DNA of 64,000 nt from Escherichia coli (GTDB taxonomy: Bacteria > Pseudomonadota > Gammaproteobacteria > Enterobacterales > Enterobacteriaceae). Each line of letters begins with the position of its first letter. The first letter of the stretch is position 1. Where the stretch lies: assembly GCF_029227855.1 (NCBI RefSeq), contig NZ_CP074356.1. One strand, 5' to 3'. A model generated the notes under the pieces. That model saw only the letters and a program-made list of their open reading frames with translations. It did no database searches and was not told the origin of the DNA. This document shows, in pieces, positions 14,095 to 24,550 of the stretch. A program made the translations under genes and the position numbers.

Positions 14095-15522
14095 TTAGAC
14101 AATCTCTTCCGCGTACTGCCAAAGCGCTTTTAACAGCGCCACTTTTTCTTTATCGTCGGCATACTGCTGCGCCAGCATCTGAATCTCTTCTGCATAGCCT
14201 TGTAAAAACTCTGGCGTGAAGACCTGGCGGCGGTGCTCCAGCCAGCGTTGCTGCTCGGCATAATCCAGCGTCCCCGGGAAGTTGCGTGCCCGATAATTGA
14301 ACAACAGCTTTTCAATCCGTTTATCAACAAAAGTGATATCCAGTGCCGGTAAATTACGCGGCTCGGTTTCCAGCACAATTTTCATTGCTGCACGATCGGC
14401 GTCACTGAAAAAGCCATTATAAAGCTGTGCATCCACGTTATCTGAAGGCGTAAACGGTTCGGCTTCCGCGAATATCGCCACCACTTTTTCACGCACTTGC
14501 GGATTTTCACGCAGAATTTTCAGGTTATCGAGGCAATGCTGACGATTAATTCCCAGTCGGTCGGCATCTTCCGGGCGTAGCGTATTCGCCTGGGCCAGCA
14601 CCGGACATTTATTGATATGCACCAGTTTAACCGGAACGGCGGCGTTATCGCCAAGATCGGTTTTTGCGGTATATAAACGCTCGCGCAATGTGTCGCTATC
14701 CAGTTCCAGTAATGGCGAAATATCTCCTGCCAAATCCACCATAATTACGGCATTGCGATTTTCAGGATGCCACGCCAGCGGTGCCACCCAGCTGGTATTG
14801 CCGCGCCATGCCCCAAACATTCCGGAAACGTGAACCAGGGGTTTCATCTGCGGAACATCAATCAACGCCATCAGTTTGTGTTTATTACGATGGGTAAAGA
14901 GATAATCAAACAGGCGTGGCTGACGCGTTTTTACCAGTTTCGCCATCGCAATAGTGGCGTACACATCAGCCATCGCATCGTGGGCGTTGCTATGTTCAAT
15001 ACCATTCGCTTTGGTTAAATGCTCAAGGCGAAAGCTCGGTAGACCTTCATCATTTTCAGGCCAGTTTATTCCTTCCGGGCGCAGGGCATAGCAGGCACGC
15101 ATAACATCCAGTAAATCCCAGCGCGAGTTATCATGCTGCCAGCTCCAGGAGTAAGGATCGTAGAAATTACGATAAAAAACGTTGCGTGTGACTTCGTCGT
15201 CGAAACGCACATTGTTGTAGCCCAGAATACAGGTCTTCGGTACGGTAAAAAGCGAGTGAATACGGGCGGCAAACGCGGCTTCGTTTTCTCCTTTCGCCCG
15301 TGCTTCCTGCGGGGTAATACCGGTAATTAATACTGCTCCTGGCTGGGGTAAATAGTCATCCGCGGGCTTGCAGTAAAAGACTTCGGGTTCGCCGATGACA
15401 TTGAATTCGTTATCAGTGCGAATGGCTGCGAACTGTGCAGGGCGATCTAACGCGGGGTGCGTTCCAAAGGTTTCGTAATCGTGAAACAAAAAGGTAGATT
15501 GTTGCTTACCGTCATTCATCAT
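14095..15522 (-). CDS. sbcB: Exodeoxyribonuclease I
   Basis: The Met at MMNDGKQQSTFLFHDYETFG gives 475 aa with DEDDh exonuclease motifs (HDYETFG, YNNVRFDDE, HDAMADV). Confidence 0.95.
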   Translation of the reverse strand: MMNDGKQQSTFLFHDYETFGTHPALDRPAQFAAIRTDNEFNVIGEPEVFYCKPADDYLPQPGAVLITGITPQEARAKGENEAAFAARIHSLFTVPKTCILGYNNVRFDDEVTRNVFYRNFYDPYSWSWQHDNSRWDLLDVMRACYALRPEGINWPENDEGLPSFRLEHLTKANGIEHSNAHDAMADVYATIAMAKLVKTRQPRLFDYLFTHRNKHKLMALIDVPQMKPLVHVSGMFGAWRGNTSWVAPLAWHPENRNAVIMVDLAGDISPLLELDSDTLRERLYTAKTDLGDNAAVPVKLVHINKCPVLAQANTLRPEDADRLGINRQHCLDNLKILRENPQVREKVVAIFAEAEPFTPSDNVDAQLYNGFFSDADRAAMKIVLETEPRNLPALDITFVDKRIEKLLFNYRARNFPGTLDYAEQQRWLEHRRQVFTPEFLQGYAEEIQMLAQQYADDKEKVALLKALWQYAEEIV

Positions 15523-15724
15523 TAGGTTAAATCCGTTATTTCTGCTGTCTGCCAGAGTATCAAATATCACCGTGCTAATCAGCTTTAGCGCGACAATTTG
15601 ACAGCGAGTGGCAACAGATCATGTCAGATGAAAATGAGAGGGTAGTCACATTTTCTTGCACTTTATTCCAGCCAGTTCATAAGTATTTCCGTAAAAAGAA
15701 CAGCTATTTGAAACTCCTGAGGGT

Positions 15725-16897
15725 TTGCTGTTGAAACGCCGTCTTATTATTGCTGCTTCTTTGTTCGTTTTTAACTTATTGTCTGGTTTTGCGGCGGAAA
15801 ACATTCCTTTTTCACCTCAGCCTCCTGAGATTCATGCCGGCTCCTGGGTATTGATGGATTACACCACCGGTCAGATCCTCACCGCGGGTAATGAGCATCA
15901 ACAGCGCAATCCCGCCAGCCTGACAAAGCTGATGACGGGCTATGTCGTGGATCGTGCTATCGATAGTCATCGCATTACGCCAGACGATATTGTCACCGTG
16001 GGGCGTGATGCGTGGGCGAAAGATAATCCGGTGTTTGTCGGTTCTTCACTGATGTTTTTGAAAGAGGGCGATCGCGTATCGGTACGTGATTTAAGCCGTG
16101 GTTTAATTGTGGATTCCGGAAATGACGCTTGTGTTGCACTGGCTGACTATATTGCCGGTGGGCAACGGCAGTTTGTTGAAATGATGAACAACTATGCCGA
16201 GAAGCTGCATCTCAAGGATACGCATTTTGAAACAGTGCATGGTCTGGATGCACCAGGCCAGCATAGCTCGGCTTATGATTTAGCTGTGCTTTCTCGCGCT
16301 ATCATCCACGGCGAGCCCGAGTTTTATCATATGTACAGTGAGAAAAGTCTCACCTGGAACGGTATCACCCAGCAAAACCGTAACGGGTTATTGTGGGATA
16401 AAACCATGAATGTTGACGGCCTGAAAACGGGTCATACTTCTGGTGCCGGGTTTAATCTCATTGCTTCGGCTGTGGATGGGCAGCGTCGTCTCATTGCAGT
16501 GATAATGGGTGCTGACAGCGCAAAAGGTCGTGAGGAAGAGGCAAGAAAATTACTGCGTTGGGGGCAACAAAACTTTCCCACGGTGCAAATTTTGCACCGT
16601 GGGAAAAAGGTTGGTACGGAACGCATCTGGTATGGCGATAAAGAAAATATCGCCCTGGGAACGGAACAAGAGTTCTGGATGGTGCTACCGAAAGCCGAAA
16701 TTCCACATATCAAAGCCAAATATACCCTTGATGGTAAAGAGCTCACCGCGCCAATTAGCGCCCATCAGCGGGTAGGGGAAATTGAACTTTACGACCGTGA
16801 TAAACAGGTGGCGCACTGGCCGCTGGTTACCCTGGAATCTGTCGGGGAAGGCAGCATGTTTTCTCGCCTGAGTGATTATTTCCACCATAAGGCCTGA
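15725..16897 (+). CDS. dacD: D-alanyl-D-alanine carboxypeptidase PBP6b
   Basis: The ORF has a signal peptide and the motifs SxxK (PASLTK), SGN (DSGND) and KTG (LKTGHT). The start is non-ATG: TTG at 15725 or TTG at 15731. Confidence 0.92.
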   Translation: MLLKRRLIIAASLFVFNLLSGFAAENIPFSPQPPEIHAGSWVLMDYTTGQILTAGNEHQQRNPASLTKLMTGYVVDRAIDSHRITPDDIVTVGRDAWAKDNPVFVGSSLMFLKEGDRVSVRDLSRGLIVDSGNDACVALADYIAGGQRQFVEMMNNYAEKLHLKDTHFETVHGLDAPGQHSSAYDLAVLSRAIIHGEPEFYHMYSEKSLTWNGITQQNRNGLLWDKTMNVDGLKTGHTSGAGFNLIASAVDGQRRLIAVIMGADSAKGREEEARKLLRWGQQNFPTVQILHRGKKVGTERIWYGDKENIALGTEQEFWMVLPKAEIPHIKAKYTLDGKELTAPISAHQRVGEIELYDRDKQVAHWPLVTLESVGEGSMFSRLSDYFHHKA

Positions 16898-16981
16898 CCT
16901 TTCTTTTGCAGCAGACTGGCAGGAGTGCGAGTCTGCTCGCATAATCAACACTCATTCCTTGTGGTTTTAATATTGCAACTA

Positions 16982-17001
16982 TACTGTATATAAAAACAGT
17001 A
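16982..17001 (+). promoter_or_regulatory. LexA (SOS) box upstream of sbmC
   Basis: TACTGTATATAAAAACAGTA matches CTGT-N8-ACAG perfectly, 15 nt before the sbmC ATG. Confidence 0.85.
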
Positions 17002-17015
17002 ATAATGGAGGCGTC

Positions 17016-17489
17016 ATGAACTACGAGATTAAGCAGGAAGATAAACGTACCGTTGCAGGTTTCCATCTCGTTGGCCCGTGGGAACAGACGGTAAAGAAAG
17101 GTTTTGAGCAGTTGATGATGTGGGTAGATAGCAAAAATATTGTGCCGAAGGAGTGGGTTGCTGTCTATTACGACAATCCGGATGAAACACCCGCCGAAAA
17201 ATTACGCTGCGACACCGTCGTGACGGTACCGAATAACTTTACGCTCCCCGAAAACAGTGAGGGCGTCATTCTGACAGAAATTTCAGGTGGTCAATATGCG
17301 GTGGCGGTGGCTCGTGTAGTCGGTGATGATTTTGCTAAACCCTGGTATCAGTTCTTTAATAGCCTCTTGCAGGACAGTGCTTATGAAATGTTACCAAAGC
17401 CCTGCTTCGAGGTTTACTTGAACAATGGCGCGGAAGATGGGTACTGGGACATCGAAATGTATGTTGCGGTGCAGCCAAAACATCACTAA
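17016..17489 (+). CDS. sbmC: DNA gyrase inhibitor SbmC/GyrI
   Basis: 157-aa ORF ([26 protein letters not shown]...), GyrI-like fold. Confidence 0.93.
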   Translation: MNYEIKQEDKRTVAGFHLVGPWEQTVKKGFEQLMMWVDSKNIVPKEWVAVYYDNPDETPAEKLRCDTVVTVPNNFTLPENSEGVILTEISGGQYAVAVARVVGDDFAKPWYQFFNSLLQDSAYEMLPKPCFEVYLNNGAEDGYWDIEMYVAVQPKHH

Positions 17490-17686
17490 TTCATCTCAGG
17501 GCGGTGTGTTGACGCGAAGACCACTCTTTTTTTGAAAGCGAAAAGAGTAAGATGCGCCTTTCAAATTTTTCGCTCCTGCCGGGAAATTACACCGTTCCCG
17601 GTATGTCCGTCGGATAACTCAGAGGCGCGCCTTCTGGCCGACAGATGTGTTATGAGCGCTTTTAATCTTCATTACGGAGTTTCTGC

Positions 17687-18745
17687 GTGCGTGCCGATAA
17701 GTCATTAAGCCCGTTTGAAATCCGGGTATACCGCCATTACCGCATTGTGCATGGTACTCGGGTCGCGCTGGCATTCCTGCTCACTTTTCTCATTATCCGC
17801 CTGTTTACTATCCCGGAAAGCACCTGGCCGCTGGTCACCATGGTGGTGATTATGGGGCCAATCTCGTTCTGGGGGAACGTTGTCCCTCGTGCCTTCGAAC
17901 GTATTGGCGGTACGGTGTTGGGGTCGATTTTAGGTCTTATCGCTCTACAACTGGAGTTAATCTCGTTACCGCTGATGTTAGTCTGGTGCGCGGCGGCCAT
18001 GTTCCTTTGCGGTTGGCTGGCGCTGGGTAAGAAACCGTATCAAGGTTTATTGATTGGGGTGACGCTGGCAATTGTTGTTGGTTCCCCGACAGGTGAAATT
18101 GATACGGCGTTATGGCGAAGCGGCGATGTGATCCTCGGCTCTTTACTGGCAATGTTGTTTACCGGTATCTGGCCACAACGGGCGTTCATCCACTGGCGCA
18201 TTCAACTGGCAAAAAGTCTGACCGAGTATAATCGGGTCTATCAATCTGCATTCTCACCGAACTTACTCGAACGCCCGCGTCTGGAAAGCCATCTACAAAA
18301 ACTCCTGACCGATGCCGTGAAAATGCGTGGGCTGATTGCGCCCGCCAGCAAAGAAACTCGTATTCCAAAATCGATATATGAAGGTATCCAGACCATTAAC
18401 CGCAATCTGGTTTGTATGCTGGAGTTGCAAATCAATGCATACTGGGCCACGCGCCCCAGCCATTTCGTGTTATTGAACGCGCAAAAACTTCGTGATACCC
18501 AGCACATGATGCAGCAAATACTGCTGAGCCTTGTTCATGCGCTGTACGAAGGTAATCCGCAGCCGGTTTTTTCCAATACGGAAAAATTGAACGATGCTGT
18601 GGAAGAGCTGCGTCTGTTGCTTAATAACCACCATGACCTGAAGGTTGTGGAAACACCAATCTATGGTTATGTGTGGCTGAACATGGAAACGGCGCATCAG
18701 CTTGAGTTGCTATCGAATCTGATTTGCCGGGCCTTGCGCAAATAA
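17687..18745 (+). CDS. yeeA: Inner-membrane protein YeeA (FUSC/ArAE-like family)
   Basis: 352-aa ORF with a GTG start. The N-terminal half has multiple TM helices and the C-terminal half is soluble and helical. Confidence 0.88.
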   Translation: MRADKSLSPFEIRVYRHYRIVHGTRVALAFLLTFLIIRLFTIPESTWPLVTMVVIMGPISFWGNVVPRAFERIGGTVLGSILGLIALQLELISLPLMLVWCAAAMFLCGWLALGKKPYQGLLIGVTLAIVVGSPTGEIDTALWRSGDVILGSLLAMLFTGIWPQRAFIHWRIQLAKSLTEYNRVYQSAFSPNLLERPRLESHLQKLLTDAVKMRGLIAPASKETRIPKSIYEGIQTINRNLVCMLELQINAYWATRPSHFVLLNAQKLRDTQHMMQQILLSLVHALYEGNPQPVFSNTEKLNDAVEELRLLLNNHHDLKVVETPIYGYVWLNMETAHQLELLSNLICRALRK

Positions 18746-18916
18746 TTCCTGAACTTCAGAATCATCTTGCTGCTGCTTCGATTCAGCAAGGATAAAGGGT
18801 ATGATAGTGAAAAGGGATAAAAGCATTGTCATCTGCGGCAGCTATGAGTAATGTTGGCCCTATCGAATAGCGGTTGCTTAAACGAATCCGACTCTCACAT
18901 TATCAGGGGTATAAAA

Positions 18917-19246
18917 ATGGAAACTACCAAGCCTTCATTCCAGGACGTACTGGAATTTGTTCGTCTGTTCCGTCGTAAGAACAAACTGCAACGTGAAATT
19001 CAGGACGTTGAGAAAAAGATCCGTGACAATCAGAAGCGCGTCCTGCTGCTGGACAACCTGAGTGATTACATCAAGCCGGGGATGAGCGTTGAAGCAATCC
19101 AGGGCATCATCGCCAGCATGAAAGGTGACTATGAAGATCGTGTTGACGATTACATCATCAAAAATGCCGAGCTCTCCAAAGAACGCCGCGATATCTCCAA
19201 AAAGCTGAAAGCTATGGGCGAAATGAAAAACGGCGAAGCGAAGTAA
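18917..19246 (+). CDS. yeeX: UPF0265 family protein YeeX
   Basis: The Met at [25 protein letters not shown] gives 109 aa. The track ORF carries a 22-codon upstream extension. Confidence 0.9.
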   Translation: METTKPSFQDVLEFVRLFRRKNKLQREIQDVEKKIRDNQKRVLLLDNLSDYIKPGMSVEAIQGIIASMKGDYEDRVDDYIIKNAELSKERRDISKKLKAMGEMKNGEAK

Positions 19247-19259
19247 TTCCTGTTTTATT

Positions 19260-19288
19260 CAATGAGGGTTGCCCGGCAACCCTCATTG
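19260..19288. terminator. Hairpin between convergent yeeX and pduV
   Basis: caatgagggttgcc-c-ggcaaccctcattg, near-perfect 14-bp arms. Confidence 0.65.
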
Positions 19289-19346
19289 CTCATTGTTTCT
19301 TTTCTGTGTATCACCGTCATCATTCCCATCTGATAACCTATTGAAA

Positions 19347-19790
19347 TTAGCGACAGCCTTCTTCTGTATGCAGCAAGGCAAAAAGTTCTGCAACTCCATT
19401 GTTATTAACCGCACTGGTTACTAACACATTGTGCGCTCCAGCTTCCCGTAACCAACTTTTCACCAAAGATATTTGTTCCATGCTGGCTAAATCTGCTTTG
19501 GTGACTACTCCAATGACCGGGCGATTCATTGACGAGGTAAAGCCTGGCGAAAAAGGGGACCACGGTGCGTCCGCATTAAGCACCAGGGCGATAATGTCCG
19601 CTTCGCAGGCGCTGACCAACAGAGCACTGTAGAGGCTGCGGTTTTCGAGGTATTCGCCTGGTGTATCAATGGTGGTCGGGGACCAGACGATTGCCTGCGT
19701 TTTCTGATAATGAATATTTTCGCCACGCAGACATTGCGTGAGTGACGTTTTTCCGCACTGGCTGGGGCCGATGAGCATCATACGTTGCAT
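19347..19790 (-). CDS. pduV: EutP/PduV-family small GTPase, last gene of the pdu operon here
   Basis: 147-aa ORF with a P-loop ([10 protein letters not shown]) and DTPGE. Confidence 0.9.
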   Translation of the reverse strand: MQRMMLIGPSQCGKTSLTQCLRGENIHYQKTQAIVWSPTTIDTPGEYLENRSLYSALLVSACEADIIALVLNADAPWSPFSPGFTSSMNRPVIGVVTKADLASMEQISLVKSWLREAGAHNVLVTSAVNNNGVAELFALLHTEEGCR

Positions 19791-19794
19791 AACG

Positions 19795-20145
19795 TCAGGT
19801 CCGCGTAATGGGGCAGGCGGTAAAGCGCATCATTTCACCCAGCGTACGGGTAACCTGGCTAAGTGCATATTCAATGGCAGAAACATCACCAGTCAGCACT
19901 ACGGCACCGGTAAAACGATCAAGAAAACCGATCTCTACAGCGCCTGATTTTGTGGCGATATCACATGCGATGATAGATGCTTCGCTGGGGGTAATTGTCA
20001 GAATGCCAATAGCAGAAACGGTGTCTGGTAAACCCAATTTCTTAAACAGATCCTTCCCTGGATTGGCGATGACATGTGCCAGCGTGACCTGCTTACCAGG
20101 GACATATTCCTGAATCATCCGTTCAGTTGTGTGCTGAGTTGTCAT
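19795..20145 (-). CDS. pduU: BMC shell protein PduU (circularly permuted BMC domain)
   Basis: The Met at [29 protein letters not shown] gives 116 aa. The TAATG junction overlaps the pduT stop. Confidence 0.9.
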   Translation of the reverse strand: MTTQHTTERMIQEYVPGKQVTLAHVIANPGKDLFKKLGLPDTVSAIGILTITPSEASIIACDIATKSGAVEIGFLDRFTGAVVLTGDVSAIEYALSQVTRTLGEMMRFTACPITRT

Positions 20146-20699
20146 TATCCCTCCACCATCTGACGCCACATGGCTTCATGTGGACGGGCAATCACCGACC
20201 GATAGACCAACAAACCTTTTTCTCCCGCACGCTCGCTGGCGACAGAGACCGCGTTATTAACATCTGAAATATCGCCAGCAACCACCATGTAGCATTTACC
20301 GCCAATGCCAAAAGCCATATGCACGCGAACAAGAATGACATTCGCAGCTTTGACAGCACAATCGGCAGCGTCAATGCAGGCGGCGACACTCCAGGTTTCG
20401 ACTACGCCGACAGCCCGGTGCTGTTCAACTTGGTTCAGTCCGCTGGTTGCAGAAAGGAGGCTGGGATGAATATTCGGCAGGACAAGACTGTCGACCAGCA
20501 TTTCACCAGCAAGGGAAGCACCGCTGTTGATGGCCTGTTGCACCGCGCCCACATCGCCACCGAGCATCAGCAGAAATTTTCCGGGGCATAGCGTTTTGCT
20601 GACCAGTAACTCAACGTTGGCGCTTTTCAGCATGGCGTCGCCGGTTTCCATCCCTTTCGCGATACTGCTAAGTTCTAAAATACCTACCGCTTTCGACAT
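20145..20699 (-). CDS. pduT: Tandem-BMC-domain shell protein PduT
   Basis: 184-aa ORF ([29 protein letters not shown]...) with two BMC repeats. Confidence 0.92.
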   Translation of the reverse strand: MSKAVGILELSSIAKGMETGDAMLKSANVELLVSKTLCPGKFLLMLGGDVGAVQQAINSGASLAGEMLVDSLVLPNIHPSLLSATSGLNQVEQHRAVGVVETWSVAACIDAADCAVKAANVILVRVHMAFGIGGKCYMVVAGDISDVNNAVSVASERAGEKGLLVYRSVIARPHEAMWRQMVEG

Positions 20700-20701
20700 C
20701 G

Positions 20702-22045
20702 TTAACCTCTCACAAGCGTAATCGCGTTTTCTGTCACATCGCTGACCATGCCATCAATACTGGCATGAATGGGGGCACCTAATGTGCCGTGTGGAATTTG
20801 ACCTACACATTGCCCATGAACGACGCGATCGCCTTTTTGTACACACGCAATTGCGCTGGCACCGATGTGCTGGCGTAACAATAACGTCACTTTTTCGGTC
20901 TGAGGCACCTGTTCAGACAATGGCGCATCCTGATACCACGGGGTTAAGCCAAGTCTGGTTACCAGCCGTTTTACGGGAATCAGTCGATAATTTGCCATGG
21001 GATCTGCAGGATTTAAGGTACCTTCGTAACGGAGATTTTGTGCGCGTAATTCTTGCTTAAGCAGGCGGTTTATGCGCATTGGTGAAATTCCTACCGGACA
21101 GGCGACGCTGGCGCAGACGTTGCACTCCGAACAGGTGAGCGCCGTCAGTAACAGTTGTGGCGTAGCGAGCTGTTGGTAGTTAACCGCACGTACTAATAAA
21201 TGGGGTGCCAGTTCGTGACCGATTAAATGACGTGGGCAGAGATCGGTACACAAGCGGCATTGCTCACAAACAGTTTTCGCGACGGCAAGTACGCTGCGGT
21301 CATTCTGCATTCGACGTTGGATCAGTGAATGAGAGTTGGGTAAAACCAGCAAGCCGCCAGTGGTTTTGCTGACTGGTGTGTCGAGCGATGTGATCAAACT
21401 TCCCATCATCGGCCCGCCATTGATAAAACCAGGAGCATCCACTGTTGCGCCGCCCGCCAGCGCCAGGACTTCACGTAAAGACATGCCGATGGGGACGGTT
21501 ACCGTTATTGGTTTCGCCACTGCACCATTAACGGTGAGTGTGCGGCGCGTCACTGGATACTGTTGCTCGACGGCTCTGGCAATATTAAGTACGGTTTGAA
21601 CATTATTGACCACCACACCGACGTTAACGGGTAATGCAGCGGGTGGAACACGGCGACCAGTTGCCATCCAGATGGTCAGCACTTCGTCTCCTGCGGGGTA
21701 AACGTCGGGCAAAATATGCAGGCGGATATCCGGTGGTAACAGTGGTGTGAGTGCGTTTATTGCCCGTTGATATTTCTCTTTCAGCGCGATGATTCCGCTA
21801 CTGGCCCCGGTGGCTTTCATCGCATAGTGAACACCGCGAAGCAGGCGGCTGGCTTGCTGCGCCATTAACTGTTGATCCACTTTCAACATTGGTTCGCATT
21901 CCGCCGCATTCACCAGGAACGTGTCAACACGCGCTTGTAGCTTAATATGGGTTGGGAAACCTGCGCCGCCAGCACCCACGACACCAGCTGCCTGTACTCG
22001 CTCGCGGATGGTCTGGTCGTCGCAGGAGGTTAACTCGACGTTCAT
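20702..22045 (-). CDS. pduS: Cobalamin reductase PduS (RnfC/Nqo1-like flavoprotein with 2x[4Fe-4S])
   Basis: 447-aa ORF with a GAGGAGFP nucleotide motif and two Cys clusters ([25 protein letters not shown]). Confidence 0.92.
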   Translation of the reverse strand: MNVELTSCDDQTIRERVQAAGVVGAGGAGFPTHIKLQARVDTFLVNAAECEPMLKVDQQLMAQQASRLLRGVHYAMKATGASSGIIALKEKYQRAINALTPLLPPDIRLHILPDVYPAGDEVLTIWMATGRRVPPAALPVNVGVVVNNVQTVLNIARAVEQQYPVTRRTLTVNGAVAKPITVTVPIGMSLREVLALAGGATVDAPGFINGGPMMGSLITSLDTPVSKTTGGLLVLPNSHSLIQRRMQNDRSVLAVAKTVCEQCRLCTDLCPRHLIGHELAPHLLVRAVNYQQLATPQLLLTALTCSECNVCASVACPVGISPMRINRLLKQELRAQNLRYEGTLNPADPMANYRLIPVKRLVTRLGLTPWYQDAPLSEQVPQTEKVTLLLRQHIGASAIACVQKGDRVVHGQCVGQIPHGTLGAPIHASIDGMVSDVTENAITLVRG

Positions 22046-23154
22046 AACAACTCCTCGAGCAGTTCTGCAATAGCGGTGGCATCAGCCGTACGCGGGTTGG
22101 TACGCAACGTTGCATCCGCCAGTGCCGCCTGAACCATATCTGGTATGCGTATTGACCATTCTGCTTTTTTTTCTTTCAGCACATTGGTAAGAGTCGGTAG
22201 CTTACAGGTTGTTTTAAGCTGTTCAATATGTTGAATAAGTATATTCAGGCTGGCGGTGTCATTGGCGTTGTCCGGGCATAAATGGCACGTTTTCGCCAGC
22301 CGGGCGTAGCGTTTGGCAGCGCGCGGATCGCCAGCATTAAAGCGGATAACCGCCGTGAGCAGGAGCGCATTCGCCAGGCCGTGTGGCAGATGAAACTGTC
22401 CGCCGAGTTGATGAGCAATTGCATGGTTTAATCCCAGTCCAGCTTGGCTAAAGGCCATTCCTGCAAGTGTCGATGCATTATGCATTTTGCCACGGGTGGC
22501 GAGACAATCGCCTTTCTTCACTGCAGTGGGCAGGTATTGAAAAACAATTTGCACGGCTTTTTCGACCAGTGCATCCGTGAAGTCGCTGGCGCGGGGAGAA
22601 ACATAAGCTTCAAGCGCATGGGTTAAAACATCCATCCCGGTATTGGCCGTTATCGCCGGTGGCACGCTGACGATCAGAGATGGATCAAGGATCGCGATAT
22701 CCGGATAAAGTGCATTATCGAAAAGGGGATATTTAATCCCTTTCTCAGGATCGCTGATGACACAAGCACTGGTCACTTCGGAACCGGTACCGCTGGTGGT
22801 AGGAATGGCTACGCAGGTTTCAATTTCAATGCCACACTGGCGACCGAACCAGACAATCGCTTTTGCGGCGTCCAGGGCAGAACCGCCGCCAAAACCGATA
22901 ACCACATCCGGGCGTAAAGTCTGCATTTGCGCAATGCCTTTCACCACGGTCTGGATAGTTGGGTCGGGCGTTATTTCGCTAAAAATACTAAGACGATTAC
23001 TGTCGGGCAGCGCCTGATGCAACGTGTTAATGAGTGGTGAGCGTGCCAGAAAGACGTCGCAAATAATCCAGATGTGTTTATGAGAGAAACGGCTAAGTAC
23101 CTTGAGACTTCCCGGTCCGCTGTATAAACGCGTCTGCAGTGAAAAAGTATTCAT
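22042..23154 (-). CDS. pduQ: 1-propanol dehydrogenase PduQ (iron-containing ADH)
   Basis: 370-aa ORF with Fe-ADH motifs (GGGSALDAAK, HAIAHQLGGQFHLPHG). Confidence 0.92.
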   Translation of the reverse strand: MNTFSLQTRLYSGPGSLKVLSRFSHKHIWIICDVFLARSPLINTLHQALPDSNRLSIFSEITPDPTIQTVVKGIAQMQTLRPDVVIGFGGGSALDAAKAIVWFGRQCGIEIETCVAIPTTSGTGSEVTSACVISDPEKGIKYPLFDNALYPDIAILDPSLIVSVPPAITANTGMDVLTHALEAYVSPRASDFTDALVEKAVQIVFQYLPTAVKKGDCLATRGKMHNASTLAGMAFSQAGLGLNHAIAHQLGGQFHLPHGLANALLLTAVIRFNAGDPRAAKRYARLAKTCHLCPDNANDTASLNILIQHIEQLKTTCKLPTLTNVLKEKKAEWSIRIPDMVQAALADATLRTNPRTADATAIAELLEELL

Positions 23155-23164
23155 TTCCGTTTCT

Positions 23165-24550
23165 CTAGCGAATTGAAAAGCCGCTGGTTAACACGCAGCG
23201 TCGTGAGCGGGCAAAAGTCCGTGCTGACGTTGTCCCTTCTCCGGTCGGTGTTGCAATGGTAAAGGTCGTAAAGCCTTCGCCGCCGACGCCAATACCCGCC
23301 CAGGAGGGGCCGTTTTTGACAAAGATTGAGGTTTGCATAACGCGTGCGGTAAGGTTGAGCCGTGAGACGTTCTGCGAGTGCATAATTGCCGTGTGGTGCA
23401 AGCCGTCTTCCACTTTCAGCGCCAGGGTGAGAGCGCTATCAAAATCGTTGACCTTCACAATGGGCAGCATTGGCATCAGTTGTTCACAAGTAACCCAACT
23501 ATCATTGGCGTCGACAACAGCAATCAGTAGGCGCGGCGCTTTTGCGGGCAAAGGGAGGCCTGCCGCTTCCAGCAAGGCTGATGGGCTTTTCCCAACCAGT
23601 TTTTTGTTGGCGCTACCGTCTGGCAGGCAAATTGCACGCAATTTCTCCGTTTGCTCATAGTTAAGAAGAAGCGCGCCAAAACTTTGCATCTGCTGAATTA
23701 AATAATCTGCCACTGATGCCACGACAATCAGGCTTTTTTCAGCAATACACGGCAGGTTGTAATCAAATGAAGCGCCGTTGATGATGTCCTCGGCGGCTTT
23801 CACAATATCCGCCGTTTCATCGACGATGCACGGAGGGTTACCCGCTCCGGCACCAATCACTTTCTTGCCACTTTTCATTCCCATGGCGACGATCCCCGGA
23901 CCGCCGGTAATCGCCAGAACGCTGATTTTAGGGTGCGCCATCATCTGTTCGGTTGCAGCAAAGGTCGGTTCAGATACGGTAACGATCAGGTTATGAATGC
24001 CACTACAACGAAACGCGATGTCTTCGATTGTGGTAATCAGTTTTAACGAAACGTATTTGGCTCCCGGGTGTGGACTGAAGTAGACGCTATTACCTGCTGC
24101 CAGCATGCTGATGCTGTTGTTAATGATGGTTTCCGTGGGGTTGGTGCTTGGCGTGACCGAGCCAATAACCCCAAACGGGGAGTATTCAAACAAAACCATG
24201 CCACCATCACCGGTTAGTGCAGTGGTGGTTAAATCTTCAATTCCTGGCGTGTTATCAAGTGCCGCTTTGTTTTTTAGGTACTTATCTTCTTTATTTCCCA
24301 TCCCCGTTTCTTTGGCGCTTTCTTCTGCCAGTTCGGTCAGGCGGGGTATTAATTCTTCGCGAATGGCGCTGATAATGGCGCTACGGGTTTTAAGCGGGCA
24401 CTGTTGAAAGCGTAAAAAGGCCTGGTGTGCTGCGCAGACCGCTTCATCAACAGTCTGGAAAATAGCGTTTCTTTGCATTCGTTGCGTAGCGGGGGCAAGC
24501 TGCTCACGCAGAATATTGCGGATCAGTGTTTCTAATTCAGAGTTATTCAT
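23165..24550 (-). CDS. pduP: CoA-acylating propionaldehyde dehydrogenase PduP
   Basis: 461-aa aldehyde dehydrogenase fold with an amphipathic N-terminal targeting helix (MNNSELETLIRNILREQL) and a catalytic Cys context NLPCIAEK. Confidence 0.92.
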   Translation of the reverse strand: MNNSELETLIRNILREQLAPATQRMQRNAIFQTVDEAVCAAHQAFLRFQQCPLKTRSAIISAIREELIPRLTELAEESAKETGMGNKEDKYLKNKAALDNTPGIEDLTTTALTGDGGMVLFEYSPFGVIGSVTPSTNPTETIINNSISMLAAGNSVYFSPHPGAKYVSLKLITTIEDIAFRCSGIHNLIVTVSEPTFAATEQMMAHPKISVLAITGGPGIVAMGMKSGKKVIGAGAGNPPCIVDETADIVKAAEDIINGASFDYNLPCIAEKSLIVVASVADYLIQQMQSFGALLLNYEQTEKLRAICLPDGSANKKLVGKSPSALLEAAGLPLPAKAPRLLIAVVDANDSWVTCEQLMPMLPIVKVNDFDSALTLALKVEDGLHHTAIMHSQNVSRLNLTARVMQTSIFVKNGPSWAGIGVGGEGFTTFTIATPTGEGTTSARTFARSRRCVLTSGFSIR

